The translations under genes were made by a program, and so were the position numbers. 64,000 nt of DNA from an uncultured Piscirickettsiaceae bacterium (GTDB lineage: Bacteria > Pseudomonadota > Gammaproteobacteria > GCF-002020875). Shown here one piece after another: positions 9,011 through 19,642 of the stretch (positions within the stretch are counted from its first letter, which is position 1; each line of letters begins with the position of its first letter). The stretch spans positions 22,723-86,722 of the forward strand of contig CAYFOR010000001.1 of NCBI GenBank assembly GCA_964344785.1, read 5' to 3'. The notes beneath the pieces were generated by a model. The model was not told where the DNA came from, ran no database searches, and worked only from the letters and a program-made list of their open reading frames with translations.

Positions 9011-10540
9011 CTACTCTGCATCCATCATCTCGAAGCGCCCCCAGTGTTCCACCACCGTCTTGCGCTCCTCGCGTTCCATTTCATTGATACGCCGGTCATT
9101 ATAGGTGGAGTCGTTGTTGAAATGAGTCGTGGAAACCTCTTCAAAGACACACCCTTCCTCGGTCCAGAACCGGTGCCACACGCCAGGTTGTACCAGTGCA
9201 GTTTCTCCTGCATGGAGGGTGCGGCGATGTCCATCAACCTCGGACTCCAGCACTCCGTAGAGCACCTGGAAGGTCTCTTCCTTGCGCTGATGGAAGTGAA
9301 CGGGATGCTTCTGACCGGGAAGCTGGACGATGATCTTCTTGCAGTATTCGCGATTGATGCAGTTGATGATCAACGCACCGACCTCACGGAAATTCTCCAT
9401 ACCGTAGTGGTGGGAGAATTCGATCTGGAAATCGCTGTTCAGTTCGATACGGGCCTCATTGAGCAGCGCCTTCACCTCATGCACCGCATCCTTGAGGACC
9501 ATGTAGTCAGGCACTTCAGGCGTCTCAATCTGATCAATCATCACAGAGGCATCCTTGGGCATATCCGCCTTGCAGGCCACGCCTTTCTGCCAATGCCCAC
9601 TCTCCAACTGCCCCTCGTTATAGGGCATGGCAAAATAGACATCATCACGGCTCAGTACGGCCCCTTTCTTGACCGCTTTCTTCAGGTAGACACCACGGCG
9701 CAAACTGTCGATGGACTCTTTTTCCGCTTCCGGTATTCCGCGTGGTGCCTGTTCACCACAAAGCTTCTTGGCATAGAGGCAGGCCTCAATCCATCGATCC
9801 ACCTGCCCGGGCGTCGAAGAGTAGGCATTGAGTTTGATCTCGTCCGTCACCACCCCCACATGACGCTCATACATCCGTGCTCCCTTGGCTACCGCCAACT
9901 GCCCGGGCAATACATTATCCGGATCTTCATGGGTGGACCAGCCAATCGTGTGTTTGCGGTAACGACGACGCAGAATGTCGATCTGACTGAGATGGAACTC
10001 CTCGTCCGGAATGGGGTAGATCGAAACACAATGCATGATGGCGTGGGCAACGCCACGGTGCTCCATGAAACTCACCACATTATCGACATCACTCACCTCC
10101 AGTCCACCCGTTGAGACGATCACCGGCATACAGGCCGAGGCCACCTTTTCCAGCAACGGCCAATCCTTGGCCGAACAACTGGCAATCTTGAGGAAGTCGA
10201 ATCCCATATCGGTAATCACATCGACCGACTCTTCATCGAAAGGGGTACACATAGCGTACATCCCCTCCTCTCGGACTGCATCCAAAAGAACCTGATACTG
10301 TTCGCGATTGAGGCGAGTGGAGAGGAAGCGCTCGATATGTTTTGCCTTGCTTCCCTGCTGGTGGTCTGGGTGGATAAAGGTATCCAACTGACGGAACTGA
10401 AACTTCATCACCCCACGAATGCCATGTTTTCGTGCCACCTCGCCAATCTGGCGTACGATCTTCAGGCCGTGATCCACGTCTCCCTGATGGTTGTTGGCCA
10501 TGTCGAAGACAAACAGATCGGAAAAATCGAATTCTTTCAT
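9011..10540 (-). CDS. NeuB-family nonulosonate synthase homologue fused to a C-terminal cupin domain (paralogue 2)
   Basis: 509 aa; N-terminal FDMANNHQGD...IGWSTHEDP with NeuB-like TIM-barrel signatures; the C-terminal ~120 aa (PGQKHPVHFHQRKEETFQVLYG...GVWHRFWTEEG) is a cupin fold instead of SAF. Confidence 0.7.
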   Translation of the reverse strand: MKEFDFSDLFVFDMANNHQGDVDHGLKIVRQIGEVARKHGIRGVMKFQFRQLDTFIHPDHQQGSKAKHIERFLSTRLNREQYQVLLDAVREEGMYAMCTPFDEESVDVITDMGFDFLKIASCSAKDWPLLEKVASACMPVIVSTGGLEVSDVDNVVSFMEHRGVAHAIMHCVSIYPIPDEEFHLSQIDILRRRYRKHTIGWSTHEDPDNVLPGQLAVAKGARMYERHVGVVTDEIKLNAYSSTPGQVDRWIEACLYAKKLCGEQAPRGIPEAEKESIDSLRRGVYLKKAVKKGAVLSRDDVYFAMPYNEGQLESGHWQKGVACKADMPKDASVMIDQIETPEVPDYMVLKDAVHEVKALLNEARIELNSDFQIEFSHHYGMENFREVGALIINCINREYCKKIIVQLPGQKHPVHFHQRKEETFQVLYGVLESEVDGHRRTLHAGETALVQPGVWHRFWTEEGCVFEEVSTTHFNNDSTYNDRRINEMEREERKTVVEHWGRFEMMDAE

Positions 10541-10581
10541 AACAAAGTCTCTTCTATTTAGTTTCTGAAGCAGCAGCCAAC

Positions 10582-11682
10582 CTATCCCAGGTTAAGCGCC
10601 TCGGGTACAAACCCCTTGCTGTAATCAATATGGACGGTTGCACCTTCCGCTGCCGACTTGTGAGCGGCTGCCACCACCATCATGGTCTCCAGTCCTCTCT
10701 CCAGGGAGATGGGAGAGGAGGCCGGGCCATCCACCAGTGCAGCCTCGATATGGCGCAACTCCTGAATAAAATCATCCGGCCGTGTCTTGCTGATTTCCGT
10801 CTCGGAGATCTCACCACAATCCAGGGCATGAACGACGGTGTCGATTCCCGGCTTATTGCCGCAATACCACTCCAGATAGCCATCGCTGCCCTGAACACGT
10901 GCCCATTTGCGGGTAGGACGAGTCACCACATCCTGGACCACACGCCCCACCATCCCGTTCTCGGTACGAACATGCATCAGACAGAGCTTGTCATAATCGG
11001 CACCACCTTCCTGGACATATTCCAGTTCAGCAGAGACCTCGACAATACGCCCGGCACCTGCCTGATGGGCATAATATTGCCATAGATTGGCGGCATGCGA
11101 GTGCTCACCACAGGCTCCCCCTCCCTTCTTCCAGAAACCGAGATAGGTATCCGATGGGCCATCCAGCCACGGATGTGCAGCGAAGATCCCGCCCCAGAAC
11201 TCACGAAACTCCACATCCATGGTATCGATGGTACCCACAGCCTGGGCAGCCAGCAGTGCACCAACGCGCTGGGCCGACTTGCCCACCACATGGTCATAGC
11301 CGGTGAAGACCGCCACACCGGCCTCGCCCGCCCGCTCCAGCAGTTCCTGACCACCGGCGAGATCGGGGCCGCATAGTGGTTTCTCCACCAAAATGACGCC
11401 GGGCTTCTCTTCCAGTGACTTCAATGCAAGGTCCATGTGACTATCGGGAGGCGTCCCAATGACCACCATGTCATATCCACCACTGGGAACCTCGTCGCAG
11501 GAGTAGAGTCCGATCCCTTCATCCCAGGCACCGTAGCGGCTGGGATAGATCTCATCCCTGGTACGTGCCAGAGCGGCAGAATCGATATCACAGATATCCA
11601 CATCCCACCCCATGGTACGGGACGCATTTGCCAGGTGATTGCCGATTGATCCGGCACCATAAACCTTAACTCGGTAAGCCAT
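10582..11682 (-). CDS. Gfo/Idh/MocA-family NAD(P)-dependent oxidoreductase
   Basis: 366 aa; N-terminal VKVYGAGSIGNHLA Rossmann motif and Gfo/Idh/MocA C-terminal domain. Confidence 0.75.
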   Translation of the reverse strand: MAYRVKVYGAGSIGNHLANASRTMGWDVDICDIDSAALARTRDEIYPSRYGAWDEGIGLYSCDEVPSGGYDMVVIGTPPDSHMDLALKSLEEKPGVILVEKPLCGPDLAGGQELLERAGEAGVAVFTGYDHVVGKSAQRVGALLAAQAVGTIDTMDVEFREFWGGIFAAHPWLDGPSDTYLGFWKKGGGACGEHSHAANLWQYYAHQAGAGRIVEVSAELEYVQEGGADYDKLCLMHVRTENGMVGRVVQDVVTRPTRKWARVQGSDGYLEWYCGNKPGIDTVVHALDCGEISETEISKTRPDDFIQELRHIEAALVDGPASSPISLERGLETMMVVAAAHKSAAEGATVHIDYSKGFVPEALNLG

Positions 11683-11764
11683 GTTGTAAAGCCTCGCTCT
11701 CTTCAGTTTTCAATAATTCTGAAATGGACCGTTCCACTGCCCCTTGCAGCATCATCCAGACCAT

Positions 11765-12430
11765 CTACTTAATCAGATAGAATTTCCCGGTGAATTCGTC
11801 ACGTTTGATTTCATTGATCCGGTCTCCCATGTATTCGTCAATCGCCTTCTGTGCACCTGGAAACTTGAGGTGTTCGCGTGTCGCCATGTATTCATCAAAC
11901 ATCACCACTCCACCCTCGATCACTCGCGGATAGAGCGTATCGAGCGCCACCTTGTAGGAGTCATAGAGATCCACATCGAGGTGCAGAACTGCAATGTCAC
12001 GTCCACGATATTTGTGCAGACTGTCTTCAAGAAAACCTTGAACCAGCGTCACCTGCGTATTGATCCAGTACTCATCCAGGCCGGCCTCTTCCAGCATCGC
12101 CAGGACACCGGGCAAGCTGGTCTCATTCCACTCTCCCTTTTGTGGGTTGCGGATACTCTTGTCGTGCTCGGAAGGCTCAGGGAACCCTTCAAAAGAGTCA
12201 AAGCCCCAGATATGACGCTGCTCCCTGTCTTCCTTTACCAGATAGCTGAACATGGCAATACTGCTCCCCTTGCCAACGCCACACTCTACAATATCCCCTT
12301 GCAGATGAGCGACCTGGTCCAGCACTCTTCTGAAATAGAGAAGGCGGGATGCATTGGGATACCCCAACGCCGGAACGGGCATCGCCTCGATCTTGCCACC
12401 GTTCTCAGCATACATATTCAATGGTTTCAT
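11765..12430 (-). CDS. TylF/MycF-family (macrocin-O-methyltransferase-like) SAM-dependent methyltransferase
   Basis: 221 aa; IVECGVGKGSS and the LDVDLYDSY motif characteristic of the TylF family. Confidence 0.75.
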   Translation of the reverse strand: MKPLNMYAENGGKIEAMPVPALGYPNASRLLYFRRVLDQVAHLQGDIVECGVGKGSSIAMFSYLVKEDREQRHIWGFDSFEGFPEPSEHDKSIRNPQKGEWNETSLPGVLAMLEEAGLDEYWINTQVTLVQGFLEDSLHKYRGRDIAVLHLDVDLYDSYKVALDTLYPRVIEGGVVMFDEYMATREHLKFPGAQKAIDEYMGDRINEIKRDEFTGKFYLIK

Positions 12431-13929
12431 ATTCTCTTCCTTGCAGGCTGCCTCATCTGGCCTTTATCGGTCACAAGCTCCTTGAGCAGTGAGGCAAAAC
12501 GTTCACTATTTTTTCCATCTATATCGGTAAGCCATCTCTTCAACACCGCTCTGCGACCCTCCATCACCTCTTCTGAAGGAGTGTACTCCTCCGTCAATCG
12601 CTGCTTGATCAAGGCGACATATCGCTCCACATCACCTGCCACATCGAAAAGCTCCAGATCCTCAGGATAGAAACCAAGGTGCTGCCTGCAATCCTCTGAC
12701 TCGGCATACTCCCGAAACAGCGGCACAATCACCGCTTTCCCTGCAATGGCCGACTCCAGTGTGGTAGTGGAGCGTAGCCCGATCACGACCTTTGAGCGGA
12801 AAATGAGGTCATGCACATCAGCATCCGGATCAATACGAAAATTGGGCAACGATGACGGTGGGTGAGGTGAGTGCTCCATTTCCTGCAACAGTTCAAGCCA
12901 GTCCGCAGTGCGGAGATGTTTTGGCTTTGGCTTGATCACAAATTCCACTTCCGGCATCTCCGCCGCCAAGCGTAAAATTGCCATATGTGAATCACGGAAT
13001 TGCGCATTGTAGCAGTAAGCACTGGTATCCCCTATCTCCAGTCTTCTATTAATCTCTCCTTCAAAGGCCATGGGATAGCGAAAAGAAAAAAGAGTGACTC
13101 GTTCGCATTCCGGTTTGGGGTGATTTCCCTCATTGATACTCCGGAAAAAAGCATCCATCCTTGGCGGCCCCATTACAGTAATCTTCTCAGGTGCCACGAA
13201 TTGAGATTTGAGAAACATCTCCTTGTTGTCCTGATTCCAGGCAATGACCCGGCTGCAGTGAAATGGCTTTAACATTCGGTGTCGATCCGCCACTTTTCGC
13301 TGCAAATACTCTGTGATGACCAGGCCTTCCCTGAACAACAGAACGAACGGGTAGTTCAGCTCATCAGAGACTCTTCCCCAATCAATATCCTCCCGATAGC
13401 GTGCATTGGCACTGACCACAACATCAATCCCGAGATGGGCATAGAGCCTGGGTAAAAAATTTCGAAAAAACCCCCTCAGACGACTCCGACACTCCACTTC
13501 CCCATCCCCCTGCTCTCCTCCCTGAAACTCAATGAGATCAGCGTAGTTCTCCAGTCTGCAGAAGCTGTTGACCAGTCGGCTATGCCAATGAGTAGACATC
13601 TCGAGCACTCGCATGCCTGGCTCACCGGCCAGACTGACCTGATCACCGCGAAAATTGACCGGACTCAGAAATAGAGCCGTAATGTTCCCATCCGATTCAG
13701 TGGGAGGGACCCGCTCACCATCAGCCGTCACTTCCCGAACCTTCGTGGAAAAAAAGAAAACCAGTGCACCGTACAGTCCAAACTGGGCAAAAAGCTTGAG
13801 GATCCATACAAGAAACAGTTCCAAAATGGATTTGGTTATTTTTTTCATCGTCTCTGGAAAGGGCTTGCAGGCAACCTTGATGGGAAGGGGGATGCACAGG
13901 CGTGGCAATGATACCGCTGCCCCCTTCAA
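12427..13929 (-). CDS. Membrane-anchored polysaccharide-biosynthesis protein of uncertain family (capsule-biosynthesis/KpsS-like?)
   Basis: 500 aa; an N-terminal hydrophobic helix (ILELFLVWILKLFAQFGLYGALVFFF) followed by a large soluble domain (VIGLRSTTTLESAIAGKAVIV). No GT2/GT4 signature was seen. The likely true start is the internal Met at MKKITKS. Confidence 0.45.
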   Translation of the reverse strand: MKGAAVSLPRLCIPLPIKVACKPFPETMKKITKSILELFLVWILKLFAQFGLYGALVFFFSTKVREVTADGERVPPTESDGNITALFLSPVNFRGDQVSLAGEPGMRVLEMSTHWHSRLVNSFCRLENYADLIEFQGGEQGDGEVECRSRLRGFFRNFLPRLYAHLGIDVVVSANARYREDIDWGRVSDELNYPFVLLFREGLVITEYLQRKVADRHRMLKPFHCSRVIAWNQDNKEMFLKSQFVAPEKITVMGPPRMDAFFRSINEGNHPKPECERVTLFSFRYPMAFEGEINRRLEIGDTSAYCYNAQFRDSHMAILRLAAEMPEVEFVIKPKPKHLRTADWLELLQEMEHSPHPPSSLPNFRIDPDADVHDLIFRSKVVIGLRSTTTLESAIAGKAVIVPLFREYAESEDCRQHLGFYPEDLELFDVAGDVERYVALIKQRLTEEYTPSEEVMEGRRAVLKRWLTDIDGKNSERFASLLKELVTDKGQMRQPARKRI

Positions 13930-13980
13930 TTTACGACACCTCGCAAGCCCTATTGAGACCCCGCTCTGCTATCTGTCACT

Positions 13981-15783
13981 TCACGCCCCATCCTGACATC
14001 CACGCTCAGCAACGGCAAAACCGCCTTCGACCCGATAGACACAATCCGCCACATCAACCAGTGGCTGCCGGTGAGATACGGCCAGCACAGTCACCTTGCG
14101 GGATATGGTGTGGATCAGCTTGCAGAGTGCGCGCTCCGTTTCGTAGTCAAGATTGGCGGTCGCCTCGTCGAGGATCAACAGTTGGGGTTTACGAACCAGC
14201 GCTCTGGCAATCGAGATCCGCTGCCGCTGGCCACCTGAAAGCTGGCTGCCCCGCTCACCGATCTGACTGTTGACACCTCCCACTCTGGAGGCGACAAACT
14301 CCCAGGCGCCAGCAAGCTGCAACGCCTCTTCAACCTCCGCCTCCCCAATCTCCGGGTCATTCAAGGTAACATTTGCATGAATGGTGTCGTTGAGCAGCAA
14401 GACCTCTTGTGGAACATAGCCAACCTGTGCCCGCCACTGATGAATATCGGTATCACTGAGCAGCTGCTGCTCCAGCATCACGGCCCCTTCGGCAGGTTGG
14501 TGCAGACCGGAAAAAAGATCAATGATGGTGGTCTTTCCCGCACCGGATGGGCCCACCAGAACCGTCAACTGACGGGCTGGCAAGGTGATTGAAATATTCT
14601 CGAAAACCCGATACGAACCATAGCTGAACCCCACATCCCGCAGACTGAGTCCAGCATTGATCTGCGGGGGAGGATTACCACCTGCCAATTGCTCCTGCTC
14701 CTCACGAGTATCGGCAATCGCATTATGGATGGCCCAGAATGCACTCTCCTTGTTAATCAGCTTCTGGTAGGCCTTCTGGGTATCCCCAAGCCTCGATACC
14801 AGACGAATAAACAATAGCGCGGTGACCATCAGTTCCGCAATAGGCTCCTTGAAAATCACCAGGGCAACATAAGCTGCAGCACCAAGGAAGATCACAATCA
14901 ATACCTCATGTGATGCCCGCAGCAGCCCGTTGCTGAAGGCGCGATGATAGTCGGCAATACGCAGCTCTGAAGACTCTTCCTGCAGAACTTGGCCAAATCG
15001 CCCTTCCATCGCCATCGCCTTGATCGGCTTGATTGCTGCAATCCCATCGGTAAGGCGGGTGATCAAGGACTGCATTAACTCTGTCTGCCGCTCTCCAGCA
15101 CGACGTGCCATTGCCACCACACCTCTAAGCAATACCAGGATGAGCAAGCCAAATAGTGCTGCCGCCAATGCGACCCGCCATGAGACGGAAAAAACCAGCA
15201 CAACCAATATCAGTGCCTGCGTGATACCCACTCCCATATCGACCACACCCCGATAGGCAGCAGCGCCACGGGCAGCCTCACTGCTGATGGCATTGGAGAG
15301 CCTACCGATAGGTTGCCGTGAAAAGTAGCTCCAGCGAGCACACATCAGCCCCTTCAGCAGTCCAATACGCATCTCCTCCAAAACCCGGGCTGATGCAAAG
15401 CTGGCCAATACCAAGGCAGCCATGGTCAGGAGTGCCTTGAAGATGACAGCAACGACAATCACGCCCAACAGAACACCTATATCGGCACTCAGGCCAAACC
15501 ACGCCAAGGCGTCTTGAATCAGAACTGAAATACTGTCGCTGGCTGCCCCTTCTCCTAAAACCCCCCCCAATAGAGGGAGAAGGGAGACAATGCTCAGCCC
15601 CTCAGCAAAACCCCCAAGAAAGAGCAGCATGAATACCAGCGCACTGCGCCCAGGATAGGCTCGAAGGAAGAACCGCAGCATACCGATAAAGTTCTGCGGC
15701 AGCGCCTTGTCTTGGGGTTCGAACTTTTTCACTCGGCAGTTATATAGGCGTGCCGAAAAGCTGGATCGCTCAACCGCAGGCAA
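13981..15783 (-). CDS. Fused TMD-NBD ABC exporter (MsbA/PglK-like type I exporter)
   Basis: 600 aa; six predicted TM helices followed by Walker A GPSGAGKTT, signature LSGGQRQRISIARAL and Walker B LILDEAT. The 5' end overlaps the upstream ORF, so the true start is probably the internal Met near 15690. Confidence 0.85.
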   Translation of the reverse strand: MPAVERSSFSARLYNCRVKKFEPQDKALPQNFIGMLRFFLRAYPGRSALVFMLLFLGGFAEGLSIVSLLPLLGGVLGEGAASDSISVLIQDALAWFGLSADIGVLLGVIVVAVIFKALLTMAALVLASFASARVLEEMRIGLLKGLMCARWSYFSRQPIGRLSNAISSEAARGAAAYRGVVDMGVGITQALILVVLVFSVSWRVALAAALFGLLILVLLRGVVAMARRAGERQTELMQSLITRLTDGIAAIKPIKAMAMEGRFGQVLQEESSELRIADYHRAFSNGLLRASHEVLIVIFLGAAAYVALVIFKEPIAELMVTALLFIRLVSRLGDTQKAYQKLINKESAFWAIHNAIADTREEQEQLAGGNPPPQINAGLSLRDVGFSYGSYRVFENISITLPARQLTVLVGPSGAGKTTIIDLFSGLHQPAEGAVMLEQQLLSDTDIHQWRAQVGYVPQEVLLLNDTIHANVTLNDPEIGEAEVEEALQLAGAWEFVASRVGGVNSQIGERGSQLSGGQRQRISIARALVRKPQLLILDEATANLDYETERALCKLIHTISRKVTVLAVSHRQPLVDVADCVYRVEGGFAVAERGCQDGA

Positions 15784-17354
15784 TCATCTCGAAGGGCTGT
15801 GTGCAAATGCTCCCACTCCAGACCAGCACGATAGGTATCCCTGGCGTAGTTGGCCTCTACAATCGCGACTCGACGCTCCAGCAGCGCACGTGCTGTCTCA
15901 GAAAGGGCATCAACGCCAAAATCCACCAGTACCATTGGCCTGCCGGAACTGACCCCCGAAATAAAGGCCGTGGTATGGAAGGTATCAAACAACAGGGCAT
16001 CCGCCTTTTCATACCACTCTTCAACCACCCCCTCCACCAGATGCACCCCAATCGAGTCGAGGTAGTTCCCGGGCGGAAGTGCTCGCTCACTGGGGTGGGG
16101 CTTCCAGTAGACTTCATAGCCCCACTTGCGCAGCTGTGACATCAGCCGCGCATACCAGTCCATCATCCCCACCCTCGGCAATGTCGGTGAGAAGAACAGT
16201 GACGCTTCATCGGCCAGCCCTGAGACGAACAGAATGCGTTTGACCTGCTGTGCCGATAAGCGCCCTTGCGCGCTGGATCTCGATGCCACACGCATCGACG
16301 GAGCACTCTGCGGGAGTGGTATCCAGTCTATAACCGGTGCAGTCTTCTGTATCAGCAGGCTCTTGTCGATGTTGTGACGATTCCCCTCTGCCTGCCCTGG
16401 CGCAAAAGTGACAAAACGGCTGCAGTGTTCGAACTCTCTGAGTGTCTTGTAACGGTCACTGCGGTGACCGGCCCCGGTACCATGGTCATGCCCTGTTACT
16501 TCACCGCCATTTCGCATCACTGCAACGCGCAACATCCTGGACCAGATCTGCATGCCTGCCCCTGTCCATAGACGCCGGGGAACCTTTTCCATGTTCACTT
16601 CAAGGTGACGCAGATGAAAGCGTACTGCCCCCAGTGCCTGATGCAGCCAACGCCTCTGGTGTTCGATAATGATGGTGGGCAGCGACTCTCCCCCTTCCGT
16701 AAAGGCACGTTCGGTCAATGCCACAACATCCTCCACCACGCGCTCATCATCCTCTTGATCTGCCACCGGAGCGTTGACCGGGCCAAACCAGGTATGGGGG
16801 CCACGATAAACGACCCGTTCACCACACTTCTCGGCATGACTCTGAATCAGCGGCGACAAAGTCATGGTCACGATATCGCGATTGTAGTCCACCCCAAGGA
16901 GAGGATAGCGTGATATGGAGTCCACAAAACGCATCAGCCAGCCGCGTGCAACACGCAGTGGGAGTCGCAGCTTTCTGGGCCGAAAAGGTCCGCTCAACAG
17001 TTCACGCAGCATCGGAGGCGAAGCCGGCACGCTGCCTTCATACAGCGCCGAAAACAACCTTTCATTCTGTGGAAGTATCAGCTCACGCCCTGCTTCCCGA
17101 CTGCGACGTACCACGCCCCAAGCTTGATAGAGTGACATGATCTCTGTGTTGATGATGAAGATCAGCACCAACAGAATCTCTGCCGCCTCACCTCGACCCT
17201 CAGCCTGTAATTGACGCACCAGCCCAACCAACCCCTGAACGGTTACATCACGCACCGCCAATATCTCTGAACGGGCAACCGGCCAGTGGTAATCAACCAC
17301 CCCATTTGGCCCAACCTGCGCCTGTGCACAGTCCAGAAACACCGGCTTTCCCAC
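15729..17354 (-). CDS. Large hypothetical protein inside the glycan locus (candidate transferase)
   Basis: 541 aa; no family motif recognised by eye; coding-like composition; same strand and tight spacing with neighbours. Confidence 0.4.
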   Translation of the reverse strand: MGKPVFLDCAQAQVGPNGVVDYHWPVARSEILAVRDVTVQGLVGLVRQLQAEGRGEAAEILLVLIFIINTEIMSLYQAWGVVRRSREAGRELILPQNERLFSALYEGSVPASPPMLRELLSGPFRPRKLRLPLRVARGWLMRFVDSISRYPLLGVDYNRDIVTMTLSPLIQSHAEKCGERVVYRGPHTWFGPVNAPVADQEDDERVVEDVVALTERAFTEGGESLPTIIIEHQRRWLHQALGAVRFHLRHLEVNMEKVPRRLWTGAGMQIWSRMLRVAVMRNGGEVTGHDHGTGAGHRSDRYKTLREFEHCSRFVTFAPGQAEGNRHNIDKSLLIQKTAPVIDWIPLPQSAPSMRVASRSSAQGRLSAQQVKRILFVSGLADEASLFFSPTLPRVGMMDWYARLMSQLRKWGYEVYWKPHPSERALPPGNYLDSIGVHLVEGVVEEWYEKADALLFDTFHTTAFISGVSSGRPMVLVDFGVDALSETARALLERRVAIVEANYARDTYRAGLEWEHLHTALRDDCLRLSDPAFRHAYITAE

Positions 17355-17374
17355 GAGAGTCTGCCCCCTATCCT

Positions 17375-18676
17375 CTATTTACGCACCTGAAAAACGGGCT
17401 GGATCGGTTCTCCCAGCAACTGTTTTTCAGGGGCATCCGTATTCAAATGGGATTGTAGGGTGCCAAGTGCCTGTTCAATTCCGTGAAGGGTGTGCCCCAA
17501 CACCTCTGGATCGCTGCAATGGGCATAACTGAGGTTGAACCCCCCGCCCATCAGGACTCCATTGGCCACCAACTCCTGACGCAACAGACTGGTAACCATC
17601 GTGGGCTCAACCCCATCCACCCCTTTCACCGCAAAACGGGGCCACCACTCGACCCCCTGCAACCCGACAACTTCCTGTACACCACTCTTTTCAATCACTG
17701 CTCCCAGTTCGGAAAAGATCCGGTTACCAAACTGTGCAAACTGCTCGGGAGCCTCCACCCGTTCCAGCTTGTCCAGTGTAGCGATCGAAGCTGCCAGCGA
17801 AAGTGCCTCACCACCAAAGGTTCCAGAGAAGAAGATATCCTCCATAAACCGCATGATTTCACGCTTTCCAACGATCGCGGAGATCGGCATTCCATTGGCC
17901 ATCGCTTTGCCGAAGGTGGCAAGGTCGGGGGTCACCCCGTATTTGGCCTGTGCGCCTCCCATATCAATGCGAAAACCGGTCACGATCTCGTCAAAGACCA
18001 GTACCACTCCATATTTCTCGGTCAGCTCCCGAATTCGCTCCAGGTACCCCGGTTCCGGTGCAGCCACCCCGGCAGGTTCAAGGATCACGGCCGCATAGGC
18101 TTCAGGGGATGTCTTAAGCAGTTTTTCCAGAGAGTCGGCATCGTTATACGAGAACGTGTCGGTCAATTCGCGCACAGCCCCCGGTACGCCCAGGTGGCGG
18201 GCAGTAGAGCCGATATACCAGTCATGCCAGCCATGATATCCGGCCACGGCGACCCGATCACGCCCGGTATGAGCTCGCGCCAGACGGATTGCGGCGCTGG
18301 TTGCATCAGAACCATTTTTTCCGAAACGCACCATCTCTGCGCAAGGAATCAGCCTCACCAGTCGCTCAGCAAGAACCATCTCCAGTTCGCTGGGCAGCGA
18401 GAAGACAATTCCTTTATCCAGCTGGGCACGGATTGCCGCATCCACATCAGGGTCACGATAGCCCAGAACCACAGGCATCAACCCCAATACAAAATCCACA
18501 TAGCGATTGTCATCAGGGTCCCATACCCATGCGCCTTCACCACGCTCCATGAACAATGGAGAAGCACCTCGCACATACATCATGGCAGACTTGGAGAAAG
18601 TCTGGGAGGCAAGCGGGATGGTGTTGAGCGCCCGCTGATAGAGCCGGTTGGAGTGGTCGAAACGGTTGACGGTCAT
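17375..18676 (-). CDS. Class III PLP-dependent aminotransferase (glutamate-1-semialdehyde aminomutase-like)
   Basis: 433 aa; VVLVFDEIVTGFR, the PLP-lysine region ATFGKAMANGMP, and N-terminal GSDATSAAIRLAR. Confidence 0.85.
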   Translation of the reverse strand: MTVNRFDHSNRLYQRALNTIPLASQTFSKSAMMYVRGASPLFMERGEGAWVWDPDDNRYVDFVLGLMPVVLGYRDPDVDAAIRAQLDKGIVFSLPSELEMVLAERLVRLIPCAEMVRFGKNGSDATSAAIRLARAHTGRDRVAVAGYHGWHDWYIGSTARHLGVPGAVRELTDTFSYNDADSLEKLLKTSPEAYAAVILEPAGVAAPEPGYLERIRELTEKYGVVLVFDEIVTGFRIDMGGAQAKYGVTPDLATFGKAMANGMPISAIVGKREIMRFMEDIFFSGTFGGEALSLAASIATLDKLERVEAPEQFAQFGNRIFSELGAVIEKSGVQEVVGLQGVEWWPRFAVKGVDGVEPTMVTSLLRQELVANGVLMGGGFNLSYAHCSDPEVLGHTLHGIEQALGTLQSHLNTDAPEKQLLGEPIQPVFQVRK

Positions 18677-18694
18677 CTCTATATCTTGTCGCTA

Positions 18695-19642
18695 TTATTG
18701 AGGGCGGACGATCTCTCTGCTAAGCCGGTAGACACTGGCTCCCGACTCTAGCCGAACCTCTGGAATCGAATAATCGCCCGCTGCGGCACGCACCATCCAG
18801 ATCAAGTCCTGAAAGCCGAGGAGATGTCTCATTTTTACGGTGCTGGAAATACGTGGATTGATCTCGAAAATCCCCGGCCCATCCGCTCCCATACGTAGCT
18901 GTACATTGAGTGGCCCCTGAAGATCTGCAGCTTCTGCAAGGTGGCACAGCATCTCAGCAACCTCAGGCAGATCTTCGACAATTGCCGCGATGGTTCTCCC
19001 GGCATCGAGCTTTCTCCGCAGTATCAGGGTTCGCACCTCACCGGATATACGCAATACTGCACAGGTATACTCCTGTTCGGCATCCGACAGGTATCCCTGT
19101 GCCACATAATCATCACCAAACTGGGTCTGCAACCCCACCAGTAACGCCTCTGTCGTAACCAGAATGACTCCGGACGACCCTGATCCTGCCCGTGGCTTGG
19201 CAATGAGTGGCAACTCCTCTGCAACGGCCTGTGACAACGGTTTGGTCGGTAGCGTAGGCAAACCATGAGACTCCAGCCAGTGCGCACCACGCAACTTGTC
19301 AACGAACGCCTCCACCAGATGGGGCTGTGGCATCATTAGTGGCAGGTCACACTCACCATCACGCTGTGCCTGGGCAAGACGTAGAAGCTCGGTATCGTTG
19401 CAAGGAATCACCCACTCGGCACCAACCTCCTCGGCACGTTTGCTCAATGCCTTGATGTAATCTGGATGGTCGCCTCTCGGTACCCTCGCATTCGAGCAGT
19501 ATATGGCCTCTGCAGGCCATGCATCACCTGCATCCACACTATGTACCAAGGTATCCGGCATGGCATCTGCAAAGACACCGCACACCGCCTCGGCAAGATC
19601 ACCATTGGCAGCGGTGACCAGTACACTTTTAGGTTCGCTCAC
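18695..19642 (-). CDS. ATP-grasp domain protein (carboxylate-amine ligase-like)
   Basis: 315 aa; LIAKPRAGSGSSGV and FEINPRISS segments resemble an ATP-grasp fold. Confidence 0.5.
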   Translation of the reverse strand: MSEPKSVLVTAANGDLAEAVCGVFADAMPDTLVHSVDAGDAWPAEAIYCSNARVPRGDHPDYIKALSKRAEEVGAEWVIPCNDTELLRLAQAQRDGECDLPLMMPQPHLVEAFVDKLRGAHWLESHGLPTLPTKPLSQAVAEELPLIAKPRAGSGSSGVILVTTEALLVGLQTQFGDDYVAQGYLSDAEQEYTCAVLRISGEVRTLILRRKLDAGRTIAAIVEDLPEVAEMLCHLAEAADLQGPLNVQLRMGADGPGIFEINPRISSTVKMRHLLGFQDLIWMVRAAAGDYSIPEVRLESGASVYRLSREIVRPQ

